A stretch of 64,000 nt of DNA from Eledone cirrhosa (GCA_964016885.1 OZ024742.1:352098001-352162000); one strand, 5' to 3'. Numbered from the stretch's first letter, positions 33,070 to 47,799 are shown. The notes: generated from the letters alone by a model not told the origin. Made by a program: numbers and translations.

Positions 33070-33104
<35 letters not shown>

Positions 33105-33109
<5 letters not shown>

Positions 33110-33553
33110 AATGAATAATAACAGGTAGACATCATAAAAAGGTAGTTTATTCCGTGTGCTTACAAGTGTTTCCACGGTGGTACTGCAGCCTAGTTCCGCT
33201 ACGTGCAAATTCACAAGTATTTGCAGAAGTCGAATATCCAATGCTGTGACCACTGTTTCCTCAGAGCAGAATGGTAAATATACAACGTAAAAACCCTTAA
33301 GTGGTGTTGTTGGGGAAGATAGAGTGGAACAGGAAGAGAGAAAAAGTATGGAAGATGGAGAGAGAAGGAAAGATATGCAGGGGTTGGAGAAGTAGGAGAG
33401 AGTGGCTTGTAGATATCTTAATCAAAATGTTATGGTAGGGGTTTTATTAGTTACTTTTGGAGAGATGCGTAGATAGTTGAGGTCGGAATTATTTATTGCC
33501 CCAGAGGTCAAGTTCATAGATGTTGCACCACTGCATCTTGGATAATCCTATAC

Positions 33554-33558
<5 letters not shown>
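33105..33558 (-). mobile_element. pLTR-only copy of the 21128 PLE with short inverted terminus (33529-33558)
   Basis: Highly similar to 21270-21690. Confidence 0.85.
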
Positions 33559-33594
<36 letters not shown>

Positions 33595-33693
33595 CGTCCC
33601 TTCACGCACAAGGCGTCAAGGTACGCATATATTGTCCAACCAAGTGCCAATGTGGTTCAATGGCGGGTTAATAAATTAACGAGCCAGAACAAA

Positions 33694-33946
33694 TATAAAC
33701 AAGGTTTAGTAAATAATGAAAAACTTTCAAAATAAATTAAAAAAAAATTGACTTTACCTACTATAGTTACCTTTACCGATCGGTTTCGAATCCCAAAAAT
33801 AAAACGGAGACCAGTTTTTGCAACGAAGGCCGTATGGTCTCCGTTTTATTTTGGGGATTCGAAACCGATCGGTAAAGGTAACTATAGTAGGTAAAGTCAA
33901 TTTTTTAAAATTTATTTTGAAACTTTTTCATTATTTACTAAACCTT

Positions 33947-33952
<6 letters not shown>
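33694..33952. repeat. Fold-back (about 118-bp arms) containing a 3' half-hammerhead GAAAC-CGATCG-GTA
   Basis: Arms 33694-33812 / 33836-33952; ends in (TA)n. Confidence 0.8.
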
Positions 33953-34027
<75 letters not shown>

Positions 34028-34029
34028 CA

Positions 34030-34081
<52 letters not shown>

Positions 34082-34082
<1 letters not shown>

Positions 34083-35727
34083 TTAGAAACATAGTTAAGA
34101 CCATTAGGACCAAGTCCACCCTGCCCCAGTGGAAGAACAGCGACTCCGTAATTAAGTGGTTTAACTCCTTAAAATCCCAAAACCGAAGTTCACACAGTTT
34201 GACATTCTCGATTTTTACCCGTCGATCTCAGAGACCCTGTTAAGTAAAGCGTTGGACTTCGCTACCATTTATACGCACCGTCGATTGTTTAGACAGGGAA
34301 ATCATCGCTCACTGCCGGAAAACCACCCTCCTCTTCAACGATGGAGTAGCCTGGGCAAAGTAGTCTTCATCTTCACACCTATTCGACGTCTCCATGGGAT
34401 CGTTTGACGGTGTTGCGTATGTGACTTGGTTGGACTTTTTATCTTAGACATATTACGTGTTAGATTCCCAGACTTCCACACGGGAATATACCGTGACGAT
34501 GGACAGATTTTATCGAGCCATAAAAGTGGTCACGACCTCAACCGGTTTAAACAAGACCTAGCTTCTACCTTCAATGAGTTAGGACTTAGGATAACAGTAG
34601 CCACCAACCTCTCTAGCGTAGATTTCTTAGACATTAATTTAGACCTTCGCGCACTAACCCACAGAACCTTCTATAAGCTAAAGGAGAAACTTAATTACAT
34701 TCACAAGGACTCATTCCACCCTCCCACTGTTTTTAGAAACTTCGTTAAGAATATCAGTAATAGAATCTCAAACCTCTCCTCTAATAAGGCTATCTTCGAC
34801 AGGGCGGCACCCTACTATAACAGCGGCTTCCACTAGCAACAAGACCATTAAGAAAAGTAAGCGCAACAATAGACAAACTATATGGTTCTCTCCTCCCTTC
34901 TCACTCAACGTTAAAACCAATGTAGGAAAAAAAGTTCTAGCCCTCTTAGATAGACACGACCCCATAAGTCATAAATACCGCTCCATCTTTAACCGACACA
35001 AATTAAACTAGGATAAACCTCCGCTAAGAACATGAAGGCCCCCATCACCAGCAGCCCTAGGAGCAATACCCCACCAGGGTGCTCTTGACGTAAGCCTGGA
35101 ACTTGGCCCCTTCAACATCAAAGCAACAGACCAGTTGTAATCTATGAAGATGTGGTCAGTTCCAACCAACCAAACGAACCACAGGAGGTCAAATCCTATG
35201 TGTGCATGGCGGAGGGCCGATTCAAGGAACGTTTACTGAACCACCAGTGTACCTTCAGGTACCCGGACAGACGTTCATACACGAAACTCGCGAGACACCT
35301 ATGGTCCCTCAACGACTCAGGTATAGACTACTCCATTCAATGGAAACCCGACGTGTGGCTTATGTATTGACGAACGAATAATTATTCTAAAGAGATTATG
35401 CAATAGTAATTTCCTAAACACGAGAAGTGCATTTTTCACACGTTGTCCACACGTCGCCAAACACCTATTGCATAATTACAAAGCTCTGGCCTGATTCATT
35501 GTAATTTTATTTTCAACCTCAAAACTAATCGGACTTTGGCAGTTATCTCGCTTATACTTCTAGCACGCAGTCTACTATTGCCTGTGTGAAATGACCGGGT
35601 TTCTGCGCATGCGCGTTCGTGCGGTTGTCCTTCCTGTTCCTATAACCATGCCTATTCCGAGCTGAGGATCCGCTAAGGTGAAACAATTGTTCTCGGTATG
35701 GTGAACTAACTGTTGTCTAACCACTTC

Positions 35728-35730
<3 letters not shown>
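34082..35730 (+). mobile_element. 5'-truncated PLE (RT plus GIY-YIG remnant 34082-35493, then pLTR)
   Basis: [62 protein letters not shown]; (TA)n on both sides. Confidence 0.92.
35657..35696 (+). ncRNA. Minimal type I hammerhead in PLE pLTR
   Basis: ccgag-CTGAGGA-tccgctaaggt-GAAAC-AATT-GTT-ctcgg; palindromic ACAATTGT. Confidence 0.85.
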
Positions 35731-35808
<78 letters not shown>

Positions 35809-35912
35809 GTATTAATATCCTGTTTGCCCTGCTGTATTGTATTGTATTGTAATGGCGAAGACATTACAATACTTACATATATATATATAAGTATAGCAAT
35901 GTATATGAGTAT

Positions 35913-35988
<76 letters not shown>

Positions 35989-35990
<2 letters not shown>

Positions 35991-36091
35991 ATTGTTTCTA
36001 CTTTAGGCACAAGGCCAGCAATCACCCAGTGCATTACTGGTACTTTATGTTATCGACCCCGTAAGGATGAAAGGCAAAGTCAACCTCGGCA
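35989..36091 (-). mobile_element. tRNA-SINE 3' half
   Basis: Family match. Confidence 0.75.
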
Positions 36092-36679
36092 ATAAATTTG
36101 AAGACTAAAATCCAAAGAGGGCTCGATAAGGATGAATATATATCAAATATATAAGAACAGTAGAGCAAATATTTTTTAAAATAACAGATTAAAGTTTAAG
36201 CAAAGAATAACTGCTTTCACCCTTAACGATTCTTTGCTTAAACTTTAATGTGTTATTTTAATAAATATATATATATATATATATATATTGATGGATGATC
36301 GCATTTAAAGTCCGTTAAAGGTTCTTGGCACTACCATTGTTACAATCGCTTTCCTCTAGCCATGTGGCTTGGAGACAAGAACCGAATGCTACCATTCTAT
36401 TTTATATCAATGTGAACTGCTATTTCTAATAGCCATCTTTTCACCCCTTGATAATTTGTGTGTGAGACACGTAGGCTGAGTGCTTCTAACAGGAACTAAT
36501 AGATTGATTCTTTTTAGCTTCCCATCCCCACGTACAATTTGTAAATCAGTGGCTACTTTAGAGATAAAGTCCTATCGGTTGCCAGTTAATAGCTTTACCG
36601 TGTCGGTTGTCACAAACAGTTATGACCATCATGGGCCGGTGTTTGGATTATGTCGTTCGATTGATTATTGATTAGGCGA

Positions 36680-36792
36680 TACCCGCTGATGAAGCCTCAT
36701 AAGCCGATTGTGCATTGTTGCATAATATATGCAGACAGATGTTGCAGTGAACCTTACTGTTGCATTAGTACTGCAGAAACTCGAGTCCGGTA
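36680..36792 (+). ncRNA. Type I hammerhead with 83-nt stem II expansion
   Basis: tacccg-CTGATGA-[83 nt]-GAAAC-TCGA-GTC-cggta; palindromic ACTCGAGT. Confidence 0.7.
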
Positions 36793-36942
36793 ACCTTATA
36801 GGCACCCGCTTTACGTCTGTTGTGTTCAGGCAAATAACTTTGTGTATACTCTGGTAATGTATCTTACATTGCCCATTGAGTGCGTTGAGATACAACCGGT
36901 ACTGGCATTGATAAATATGCTTTGTCCGTCAACACTTATTAT

Positions 36943-37012
<70 letters not shown>

Positions 37013-37144
37013 TATATATATATACGTACATCTATAAATGTGTGTCTACTTTTGTGTATTATAAATATTCAAAAATAGGCAAACGCATACACACTCACAC
37101 ACAGACATATATACACACATATACGTATATATATATACATATAT

Positions 37145-37398
37145 AGTGGTAGAACACTGGAAGGTAATATCCGTAGTAGTAGAGCTCTCAGTCTATGGGG
37201 CGAGTTAGGTAGAAGTGGTTACACAACAGTTAGTTCACCATACCGAGAACAATTGTTTCACCTGACGGATCCTCAGCTCGTAATGGACATGGTTATACGT
37301 AACATGAAGCATGTATAACCATGTCCATTACGAGCTGAGGATCCGCTAAGCTTAAACAATTGTTCTCGGTATGGTGAACTAACTGTTGTGTAACCACT

Positions 37399-37400
<2 letters not shown>
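37145..37400. mobile_element. Fold-back pLTR with two opposed hammerheads (37244-37280 -, intact; 37331-37368 +, GAAA to TAAA)
   Basis: Inverted arms about 37213-37298 / 37313-37399; same family as the 35640-35730 pLTR. Confidence 0.8.
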
Positions 37401-37437
<37 letters not shown>

Positions 37438-37441
<4 letters not shown>

Positions 37442-37755
37442 ATAATAATAAATTTGAAAACTAAAATCCGAAGAAGGCTCGATAAGGATAAATATATATC
37501 AAATATATAAGAACCGTGGAGCAAATATTTATTAACATAACAGATTAGATTTTAAGCAAAGAATCGCTGCTTTCACGCCTAACGGGATCTTCTGAAAATA
37601 ACAAAGTCATTCTGTGAACGCAGAAGTGAATATTTCAAAATTTTGAAATATTCACTTCTGCGTTCACAGATTGGCTTTGTTAGTTTTAGAAGATCCCGTT
37701 AAGGGTGATAGCAGCGATTCTTTGCTTAAAATTAAATTTTTTGTTTTAATAAATA
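37438..37755. repeat. Fold-back repeat family (also 36092-36270, 44475-44610, 47578-47680)
   Basis: About 110-bp arms centred on 37640; shared aagcaaagaatcgctgctttcac and gctcgataaggataaat blocks. Confidence 0.75.
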
Positions 37756-37802
37756 TATATATATATATATATAAATATATATATATATACATATAACATT
37801 TG

Positions 37803-37859
<57 letters not shown>

Positions 37860-37860
<1 letters not shown>

Positions 37861-38290
37861 GATAACAAGTTATCGTTATAGGTAATCCAGTCAGAGGTTG
37901 TGAGTACTCTGTGTTGTGGATAGATTTAACGTACGGCTTTGTTTGATTCAAAAATATGTTTCGATAGTTAGGTAGCGAGTTCGCGGTAATTCTAAAGTAG
38001 GTTATACTTGGAGTAATAATAGTGAAAGAATGAGGAGTAACATGGTTTGCTATACAACAAGGAGCTTTATTTCAGGTATTGACAATTGTTTCATTCATCA
38101 GGTGAGTTTAGAGGTCGCTAATCGCTCGCAGTAGCGTCACTCGATACCCATTAATTATTTACCTATGACCAACTCATCAGATTATGATTAGCGACATCTA
38201 GACTCACCTGGTCAATGAAATAATTGTCAATATCTGAAATAAAACCTCTTGTTGTACAGACAACCATGTTACTCTTCATTCTTTCACTAA
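37860..38290. repeat. Inverted/rearranged copy of the 1-298 family
   Basis: 37860-38150 minus plus 38185-38290 plus orientation. Confidence 0.65.
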
Positions 38291-38295
38291 ATATT

Positions 38296-38367
<72 letters not shown>

Positions 38368-38578
38368 TCCTGGAGAGGCATGGGATCTCGCATGGTTTAA
38401 AAAACAAGTGAGAAGACAATTAAAAGAAGGTCGCATTTACGAATACAGTAGAAGTTAGTTGCACTTCTAGTTATACATATACTGGTGTGTGGCTTAGATT
38501 TAAAAACAGTGGATACACAGTTGGTTGGGAGCTTGATGTGGTCCATTACATTGGTTCGCCCATATCTGAGAAAGATAT

Positions 38579-38668
<90 letters not shown>

Positions 38669-38675
38669 TTGTGTA

Positions 38676-38712
<37 letters not shown>

Positions 38713-38929
38713 ACACACGCACATATATATATATATATATATAAATATATATATATTTCGTTTCTTATTGGCAACATGAACCTCCCAAAGCAAAGCAATA
38801 TATATCTATATATATATAGTTTTAATATAGATGAGATTCTACAGGTTTAGAACATTTCATTCTTTAGAAATCATCAGGAATCAGAGATTCCTGATGATTT
38901 CTAAAGAAATCTCTCTCTCACACAGTCTA

Positions 38930-39032
<103 letters not shown>

Positions 39033-39084
39033 ATGCATTTATATAAAAATATATACGTCTAATCACACACATACACATATATAA

Positions 39085-39154
<70 letters not shown>

Positions 39155-39160
<6 letters not shown>

Positions 39161-39417
39161 GGAAAACAGATGAAATCGAAAATGCAACTTGAGTACTTTT
39201 AAAAAATATATATATATATTTGTTTCCTCTACCGGTTTCGCAGTTCTTATGCTTTTCAAAAGTAGAGTTGAGTTGGAGGGTTTAACCACAAACCCTCCAT
39301 CTCAATTCTACTTTTGAAACGGACAAGAACTGCAAAACCGGTAAAGGAAACAAATAATTAAATATATTTTTTAATACGACTTAAATTGCATTTTTGATTT
39401 CATCTTTTTTCCTTATA
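39155..39417. repeat. Fold-back of the family also seen at 56965-57140; 3' half-hammerhead GAAAC-CG-GTA-gagg
   Basis: Inverted arms centred about 39286. Confidence 0.75.
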
Positions 39418-39483
39418 TATATATATACACTAATATGTGTGTATGTGTGTGATTATACGTATATATTTTTTATTAAAATGTAT

Positions 39484-39544
<61 letters not shown>

Positions 39545-39545
<1 letters not shown>

Positions 39546-39695
39546 GTATGGTTGATTTTAGACATAATCTATGTGTGTTGGTATTTTAACGATAGTTATA
39601 GCTCTGATTTATCTGAATTATTGAGCCCTCTGCCACTCATGTCGAATTTTGTTTATCGTGAACTCGTGCGCCGATTTTTCGATACTCGATTATTC

Positions 39696-39699
<4 letters not shown>
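39545..39699 (+). repeat. Solo 3' end of the 26034 PLE family
   Basis: Reverse complement of 26034-26185. Confidence 0.7.
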
Positions 39700-39781
<82 letters not shown>

Positions 39782-41259
39782 TGTGTGTGTACGTGTGAGA
39801 GAGAGAGATATAGAGAAAGGTGCATACAAGCATGTATACACTCGCACATACACCATACATTTACACATATATTCCCATTCGTTAAATATCCTTCCGCTGT
39901 AAACATTATAATGACGTTTTAATTCAATATAGGTTGATTATTTTAGCAGAAGCGAATTACATTGATATAAATTTTCAAAATATATCACAATGCTAAACTC
40001 ATAAAATAGGCTTTTGCCTTTATCCTATTTTTTCGTACCCTTTTTATATGCTTGTGTTCATTTTACTATTATAATTCATTATGTTTATATATTTAATTTT
40101 AATTCATTTCATTAATGCAGCTTGTGCGTTATTAGACGTGTCCTCAAGCATGCGTCGTTTTACCATACATGTCATTATTTTTTTTAAACTGTTATTATCC
40201 TCCTAGCAATTATTCAAATTTTATATTCATCACATTTTAATCTCGATCTAATTAACCAAGTAAAGTGGTATGGATTCTGAAATCTAATTATAGTTTTGTT
40301 AAAAATGTGTAGCGTTAAGCGTCCTTTTGTATCGAATTTATAATAATTTCCGTATCCCTAGGTATACATGTGGAAGCATGAAGAAACATTTCTGTAGGAA
40401 AATCCAAAACTATTTGTAAACATTTAGAAAAGTAAATGTAGCAAAGGCATATAGTTTTACACTTGCAATATATTGTGTACGTGAATTTTTACATACACAA
40501 TTCTCTTGCTTTTCCTCCTAATGTTGAACATATTTTATTGGAAAATATGTTATAATTTTCTCAGCAGGAACATTTTAAACGAATGTCACCCCCTGTATTT
40601 CACATTGAAAAACACCACACACATTGAAACATTCTGAATTTGGTGGAAAGGGAAATAAAAATAAATATATTAATAGGTTTTATGAAACAAGAAATTTGGT
40701 GTTCTATTATATGGCCATATATTTCGGACAAACTTGAAATATCGCAACGTTCGAACAATATATTATCCGATACTTAATAGACTATAAAATAATTTCAAAA
40801 ATCATTTAAATAATCATTTAAAAAATCATTTCATTTTACATACTGATATTTGTAATGTGAGAGCTGTTTGCTTGTGCTTTCTAGTCATTGAACAACTATG
40901 TAGTGCCTTTCCTGTTTACGTCTATTTTGTTTTTCATATTTTGATTATTGTTAAGTCTGTCTAACTATTTGTTTACTCTCAATACACAAACATTTAAATG
41001 CTGGAAACAACAAGATTCTTTATCTGAAAATGTGTGTTGAAACCGATATCGTTATACTTTGGGAGGGTCATGAGCATAATAAGAAACACACGCACTAGAT
41101 GTTTCAATTCAATATATTATAAATTTCCGGTTGGTAGGTTGGTTCCACAACAGGATGGATGTTCATATATTGTCAATGTTCTTTCGTCACACATTATGTG
41201 ACCTCTTCAGTGACTGCGGATTATTTTCTTTGTTTTGTGCCTCTATTTTGTTCTGTCCT

Positions 41260-41444
41260 ACGCCATCTCAGTGCTCCTGTGGGAGCCCCTACATGGACAC
41301 ACTGGAAGAGGAAGGCCAAGGTTGACGTATGTTGATGCCCTAAGGACAGACACTGGTCTGTTGGAGACGCAGCGCATGGCAACGATAATGAGGGACAGAG
41401 ACCGCTGGAGAGAACTCGTGCACGGATCTCGGGAATTTTACCCG

Positions 41445-41447
<3 letters not shown>
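41260..41447 (+). mobile_element. RTE-clade LINE C-terminal/3' fragment
   Basis: LLWEPLHGHTGRGRPRLTYVDAL...MRDRDRWRELV then (TA)n. Confidence 0.75.
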
Positions 41448-41490
<43 letters not shown>

Positions 41491-41687
41491 ATCCCGCCAA
41501 GGTTAACTTTACCTTTCATCCTTACGGATAACACATAGTAACAAGTTGGAAAATAATCAATTTCTTACTGAACCTCGGCGGCGGATTTGTTTCTATGAAT
41601 TAACAATTATTCCTACACTGCAATGATTTGTTATTTCGTCAGCTAGTTTGCTATAATCTATTTAGTGATGAGCTCATTTATTAACAA

Positions 41688-41878
41688 TAATTGTTTCTAC
41701 ATTTGGCACAAGGCCAGTAATTACCAAGTGCATTACTGGTACTTTATTTTATCGACACCGTAAGGATGAAAGTCAAAGCTAATGTCGGCGGGATTTGAAC
41801 TCAGATCATAAAGGGACGTAACCCTATGCTGCAAAGCATGGCATCCGACCCTCGACCTATACTGCCAATCCACCACCC
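41688..41878 (-). mobile_element. tRNA-derived SINE, full length
   Basis: A and B boxes on the minus strand. Confidence 0.85.
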
Positions 41879-42328
41879 TAAAAACTGATTTAACCCAAGT
41901 TAAGGATCTCCACCATCTCTAGTGCCTACTTCTAGGCCACAGGTACAACTATTATCATTTGTTAACAATAATATCATTTCATATCAATAAACCGATAATT
42001 ATTAAGATATTTTCCACTTAGGCTTAGCCAGTCGTATTAAATGATAATGTTCCATAGTTATTTTGAATTGTTACTTTTTAAGGTTGTGGGAGTATATGAC
42101 AACCAGAGAGTCCATTATGTCATGCAGTTGAGCTATGAGAGCTACGAGTAGATTTCGTACGCTAGTGTGATTACGGGTATACTTCCTCAGAGCTAATGTG
42201 AGATATAATATGCTATAATGCCATGTATTGATTACAATATACACAAATTAATCCAAATATAACGTAGATTATGTTGTTGTTTGGAATAATTATTTCAATA
42301 AACTTGGATCCCTTAAGATATTATTCCA

Positions 42329-43805
42329 TAAAGTTTTAGGCAGACAGTATTATTGATTTAGGTGTCATAGAAATTATGTATTTTGATTTTCCCATCAATT
42401 CCATTTGGGTCCATGTTTTTATCATTTATTTTGTTTTACATGTGTAACTTGATTTGTTTTTTGGCTTAGGTGGTTAATGCTTTCTTAGCCACTTTTTCAG
42501 TTTGTATGGCGTTTTAACATATTGATTTGCTCTAGTATTTTAACTATTGAGCGCCTGCCAGCATTTCTATGATTTTGCGTATGGTTTCGCTTTTTCTACA
42601 AGCCGAAATACGATTCTCGCTGAATTATATTTGTATTAATATCCCGAGTCTTACAATTAACCTGTTAATAATTCTATTAACAAATTAATTGCATAAGTTT
42701 ATTTTAAAAACTACCCGGCTGAGTGCTTATTCGATGTGTACTATCTATGAACTATTTGTATGATATACACATACTGAATTCATTTGCCAAAATATGGGGA
42801 ATTTCCCCTTGTGACTTACGCATGTGCGATTACTAAGCTCTGCGTCACTCGCAAAGTTGGGTACAGAGCAGAATTCCCTGTTGATAACGTGATATTCCTT
42901 GTTCGATCTTTATGCTGAAGCAGACAGTATTACTGATTTAGTTGTCATAGAAACACTGCATTTGGATTTTACCACATATTCCATTTGGGTTCAGGTTTTT
43001 ATCATTTATTTTGTTTGACCTGTTTAGCTTGATTTGTATTTTGGCTTAGGTGTTTAATGCCTTTTTAACCACTTTTTCAGTTTGTATGGCGTTTTAACAT
43101 ATTGTTTAGCTCTAGTTTTTTTAACTATTGAGCGCTTGCAACCATTTCTCTACGATTTTGCGTTCCGTTTCGCTTTTTCTATCAGCCGAAATACGATACT
43201 CGCTGAATTATATTTGTATTAATCTCCCGAGTCTTACAATTAACCTGTTAATAATTCTATTGACAGATTAATTGCATAAGTTTATTTAAAAAATTATCCG
43301 GTTGAGTGCTTATTCGATGTGTGCTATCTATGAAATTGTTTTATGATATACACATACTGAATTCATTTGCCAAAATATGGGGAATTTCCCCTTGTGACTT
43401 ACGCGTTTACTTAAGCCCTGTGTCACTCGCAAAGTTGGTTACACGGCAAAATTACCTGTTGATAACGTGATATTCCTTGTTCAATCTTTATGCTGAAAGC
43501 TTATAGTTTTAGGCAAAGAGTATTATTGATTTAGTTGTCATAGAAACACTGCATTTGGATTTTACCACCAATTCCATTCGGTTTCCGGTTTTTATCATTT
43601 ATTTTGTTTGACCTGTTTAGCTTGATTTGCTTTTTGGCTTAGGTGTTTAATGCATTCTTAACAACCTTTTCAGTTTGTATGGCGTTTTAACATATTGTTT
43701 AGCTCTGTTTTTTAACTATTGAGCGCTTACCAGCATTTCTACGATTTTGCGTTTCGTTTCGCTTTTTCTACCAGCCGAAATACGATTCTCGCTGAATTAT
43801 ATTTT
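42329..43805 (+). repeat. Tandem repeat, about 585-bp unit x 2.5, homologous to 49844-50812
   Basis: Unit starts near 42340, 42920 and 43511; ends at ttatattt then (TA)n. Confidence 0.9.
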
Positions 43806-44424
43806 TATATATATATATATTCACTCATTAGTTGATTACAATAAAAAAAATTAAATGACATTATTTCATCGTAGAAACGTACCCCGCTCCCCCCAGAATA
43901 CTTTATCATGTATTCTAGAAAATTAGAAAATCTTGAAATATGTGAAACCGATAACGTCAGGAATTATTGTTCAGATACCTTCTGAAAATTGCGAATTAAA
44001 TTATCAACGTAATTTTCCTATATATACATATATAAGCACACAATAATGGCCTAAGTTAAATATAAATAAATATACACAGGTAAAATGACAACAACCATAC
44101 ATAAACACACACTAGTGAGCAAAGATAACATTCAAACACGCAGACTCAGACATGAACACACAAGAAGAAAAACATATGTACACAAACACACGAGCAAACA
44201 GAGACAGTAATAAATAACATATATACACATTTACTGTTCGTCAGACACTTATAATCATTGATTGCCAGCTAAATTAATTATAGGGAAATAAATTATACGG
44301 AAGCGAAAACCAAACCAAACAGTGAATGTGTTTTATTATATATTTCTGGCAATATTATAATAATATGACCCTCCCCAAATATAACAATACAATAATATAT
44401 ATATTTATATATATGTGATGTGTG

Positions 44425-44475
<51 letters not shown>

Positions 44476-44679
44476 TAAAATAACACATTAAAGTTTAAGC
44501 AAAGAATCGCTGCTTTCACTCTTAACGGGATCTTCTGATATAGTTGATATATATTTATCCTTATCGAGCGCTCTTTGGATTTTAGTCTTCAAATTTAATA
44601 TTATTACTAATATATATATATATATTTATATATTAATATATACATATAAACACACACATACATGTATATTTATATATAT

Positions 44680-44769
<90 letters not shown>

Positions 44770-44785
44770 TTATACACATATATAA

Positions 44786-44845
<60 letters not shown>

Positions 44846-45959
44846 TTGTACATACATGTTTGTACAGAAACATACATGCATGTTTGTATATGTAGATATA
44901 TGCGTTTATATGTGAGCATGTATATTGTCTGTATGTACATAGATGCTCTTTTAACTTCTGACAAATCTCGACTAACATTCGTTTCAAAATCGTTCAATAC
45001 ACGAATATAATGTTTCTTTTCTCCAAAGTATATTTCTCTTAATTAGTTGATGAATCTATTCTTAATGTTTATTATAATGAAATGTTGGTTAAATATTTTG
45101 CTTTCTTTTCATCATTCACGATTTCGTGTTAAATATTTTCTTAGCTGTATATTTTCTTTTTAGAATACTCTACTTTCATTGTGTCATCACGTTTAGTAAC
45201 AATGACTGCAGTATTCTATATGTTTAAAGTAATGCAACAGAGAGAGAATTATATAATACATCAAAATTGATGATTAGTAATATGAGACTGTTCTGGGTAT
45301 TGCAATGCCAGCATCACGGCTGTAATATATTACTTACTAGCCTGCAATGTCTTTATGTATCTATTCATTTCCGTAAAAATTAATTATATTACATATTACA
45401 TTCAATCACGTAGAAAGTCCTGCCATATTCTATCAAAATTGGCATTAAGATATACAGATAATATTTTACATGTATTCATGGATATGATGTACAATATGAG
45501 GTCGTGAACTGAGCAATCCACAACTCTATATAATAATCCCTTATTTCTAAAAAAACATGTCATTAATAATCCAACTCGATATTATAATAATCAGTGACAT
45601 GATGGGGCATCTATCTATCAATGTGGCCCAAATAATGTTTTAATAAATTAACACCATATCTTCACAGCATACTTTCTCGAGGGGAGTGAAAGCACCTGTT
45701 GCAGATATCTGTCATCTAGCATACCACATCATTTATGGTGCTTCTCCTTCCTTGAAATGGTTAATGCTACTTTAATTTCACTGTTCTGTGTAAAGCGATA
45801 AACAAACATAAGGGGATTAAAAGGGCACACGTCTACTGGGAGCTGTTGTTAAGATGATTGCACTAACTCTATATGATTTGCTAACACAAGTGGAGACGGT
45901 CCTCTATTATTCTGGAAATTAAGGTTACTGATCAGTTATTATACATTGGAAATAATTAT

Positions 45960-46500
45960 CATTGCTCATCAACTAAAGGTAAAATGCAGCAAACTTCGCA
46001 TAGTACCTTACCATGTCTCTTGTCGATTTAACCAATGTCTCAAACACTGTTAATATGACTGCTTCGTTTTCCACATCAAATTCTACTAAGTTTAAACAAC
46101 CCCATTGTTGTATGGAACATTCTTTTAACATAAACGGTACACTCTCGCCTAAACAATTTCAAGCACTGTTTCGTTTAAAAAAGTGTGTCTTCCCTGCGTA
46201 CAACTTTGTATTCATATACATTGCTGCATGTCGCTTTGCGCTTTCGAAGACGGCAACATTCGAGTCTAAATCCATTTCAGTATTACATCTAACGTCTTTC
46301 AACATGAAATCTAAAACCTCTTTTATGAGAGTTCCTCTAACCTGGACATGTGGATCACATTGCTAACACCAAAGATCAATAAAAATATAATGTGGGGCAT
46401 TGACTGCTTTTGGACTTAGCATCAGTCAGAAAAAGTCCAACGTTATGTTTTCTCCGCTTATAGGTTATACTTATGTTGTATCGCACATCATCATTCACGA
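45960..46500 (+). pseudogene. Ancient RTE/BovB-like RT remnant
   Basis: VDLTNVSNTVN (cf. VDLTKAFDTV) and AFGLSISQKKSNVMF (cf. FGL.IS.KKT.VM). Confidence 0.55.
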
Positions 46501-47521
46501 AACTCCATCATCTACATTGGCTGGAAATTCTCTAGATATAGATCCATTGACTCCGAAAGAGAAGTACAAATCTCTAATTCAATCCCCTCTCCAATATTTC
46601 AACAGAACAGGCATGTAATATGTGCAGGAGGCATGTAATATGTGTAGGAGGTATGACATATGTGTATGAGATTGTATGTCTCCTAAACCGGCCTTGCTAG
46701 TCAAAGAATATCTTACGAAGGGAAAAACATAGTTTGATTGTTCGTAAGTCTTTACGCAGCAACATAGAAACCGTAAATAATATTTGTTTCTTTTTTAATA
46801 TTCAAATGAAAGCATATATATATAGAGAGAGTCAAGAGTGGCTATATATCCTGTATGACCATGCGATATGAGGTAGGAAGCTACTCTTCCGATGCACATT
46901 TTCATTTAAGAGGATTTTATATTTTTTATTTGTGAAGGTCCTTCAGTAACCCAGTCATAACAGTCATCCCTCCCCAAGTCAGGGATTTTGTGCAAGGAAA
47001 GGCAAAAGCCGATAGAGCTTATCAGCAGTAAGATCCCTATCGATTTCAGTAGAATTCAGCAGAATAATAAAGTGGAGCTGCTTGATACAAACTGCCTTGC
47101 ACTTTAATATGAATTGATAATAAACAATATATGCCTTCATTTATATAGACATATTCATCGATGTCCCAATACATACAAACTTTGACACACACTACAAATA
47201 TTTAGTATGCACATTTATTATTTACTAAAAAAACTGTTCTATAATGAATAGCTAAGCAATGAGTAATGATAACATTAAAACATAAACAAAATTAAATATT
47301 GAACAAAGGGAAATGTTTGACGAAGATAAAGCAACATATTTACATGATACGTAGGAGAAAGTTTAACGAGAAAATAAATGTCACACACACACATAATATG
47401 TAAAGACACACATAAACGGAATCACACAGACACATATTTATATATATATGTATACATGTATATAAATATATATGTACCTATACACATATACACACACATA
47501 CACACAAGCACACACACACAG

Positions 47522-47581
<60 letters not shown>

Positions 47582-47746
47582 AAAATAATAAATTTGAAAA
47601 GTAAAATCCAGTTTCAGAAGATCCCGTTAAGTGTGAAAGCAGCGATTCTTTGCTTAAACTTTAATCTGTTATTTTAATATATATAGGAAAAGTGTCAGGA
47701 CCCCACCGGTAAGCTCCGGCCATTTCGACAGGTATATAATATGTAA

Positions 47747-47799
<53 letters not shown>

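Noticed and set aside
37683-37725. Hammerhead-like (C/U)AGAAGA-tcccgttaagggt-GA(A/U)A in the 37438 family
   Set aside because: U4 is A in all copies, and I could not form stem I or a valid NUH triplet
40520-40597. Tc1/mariner-like terminus (gtcaccccctgta; similar at 3801 and 14300-14330)
   Set aside because: No matching partner TIR or transposase found
41100-41200. GUGACGA...GAAA on the minus strand (also 61640-61730)
   Set aside because: G3 is incompatible with G8, and stem I pairing is not kept in the second copy
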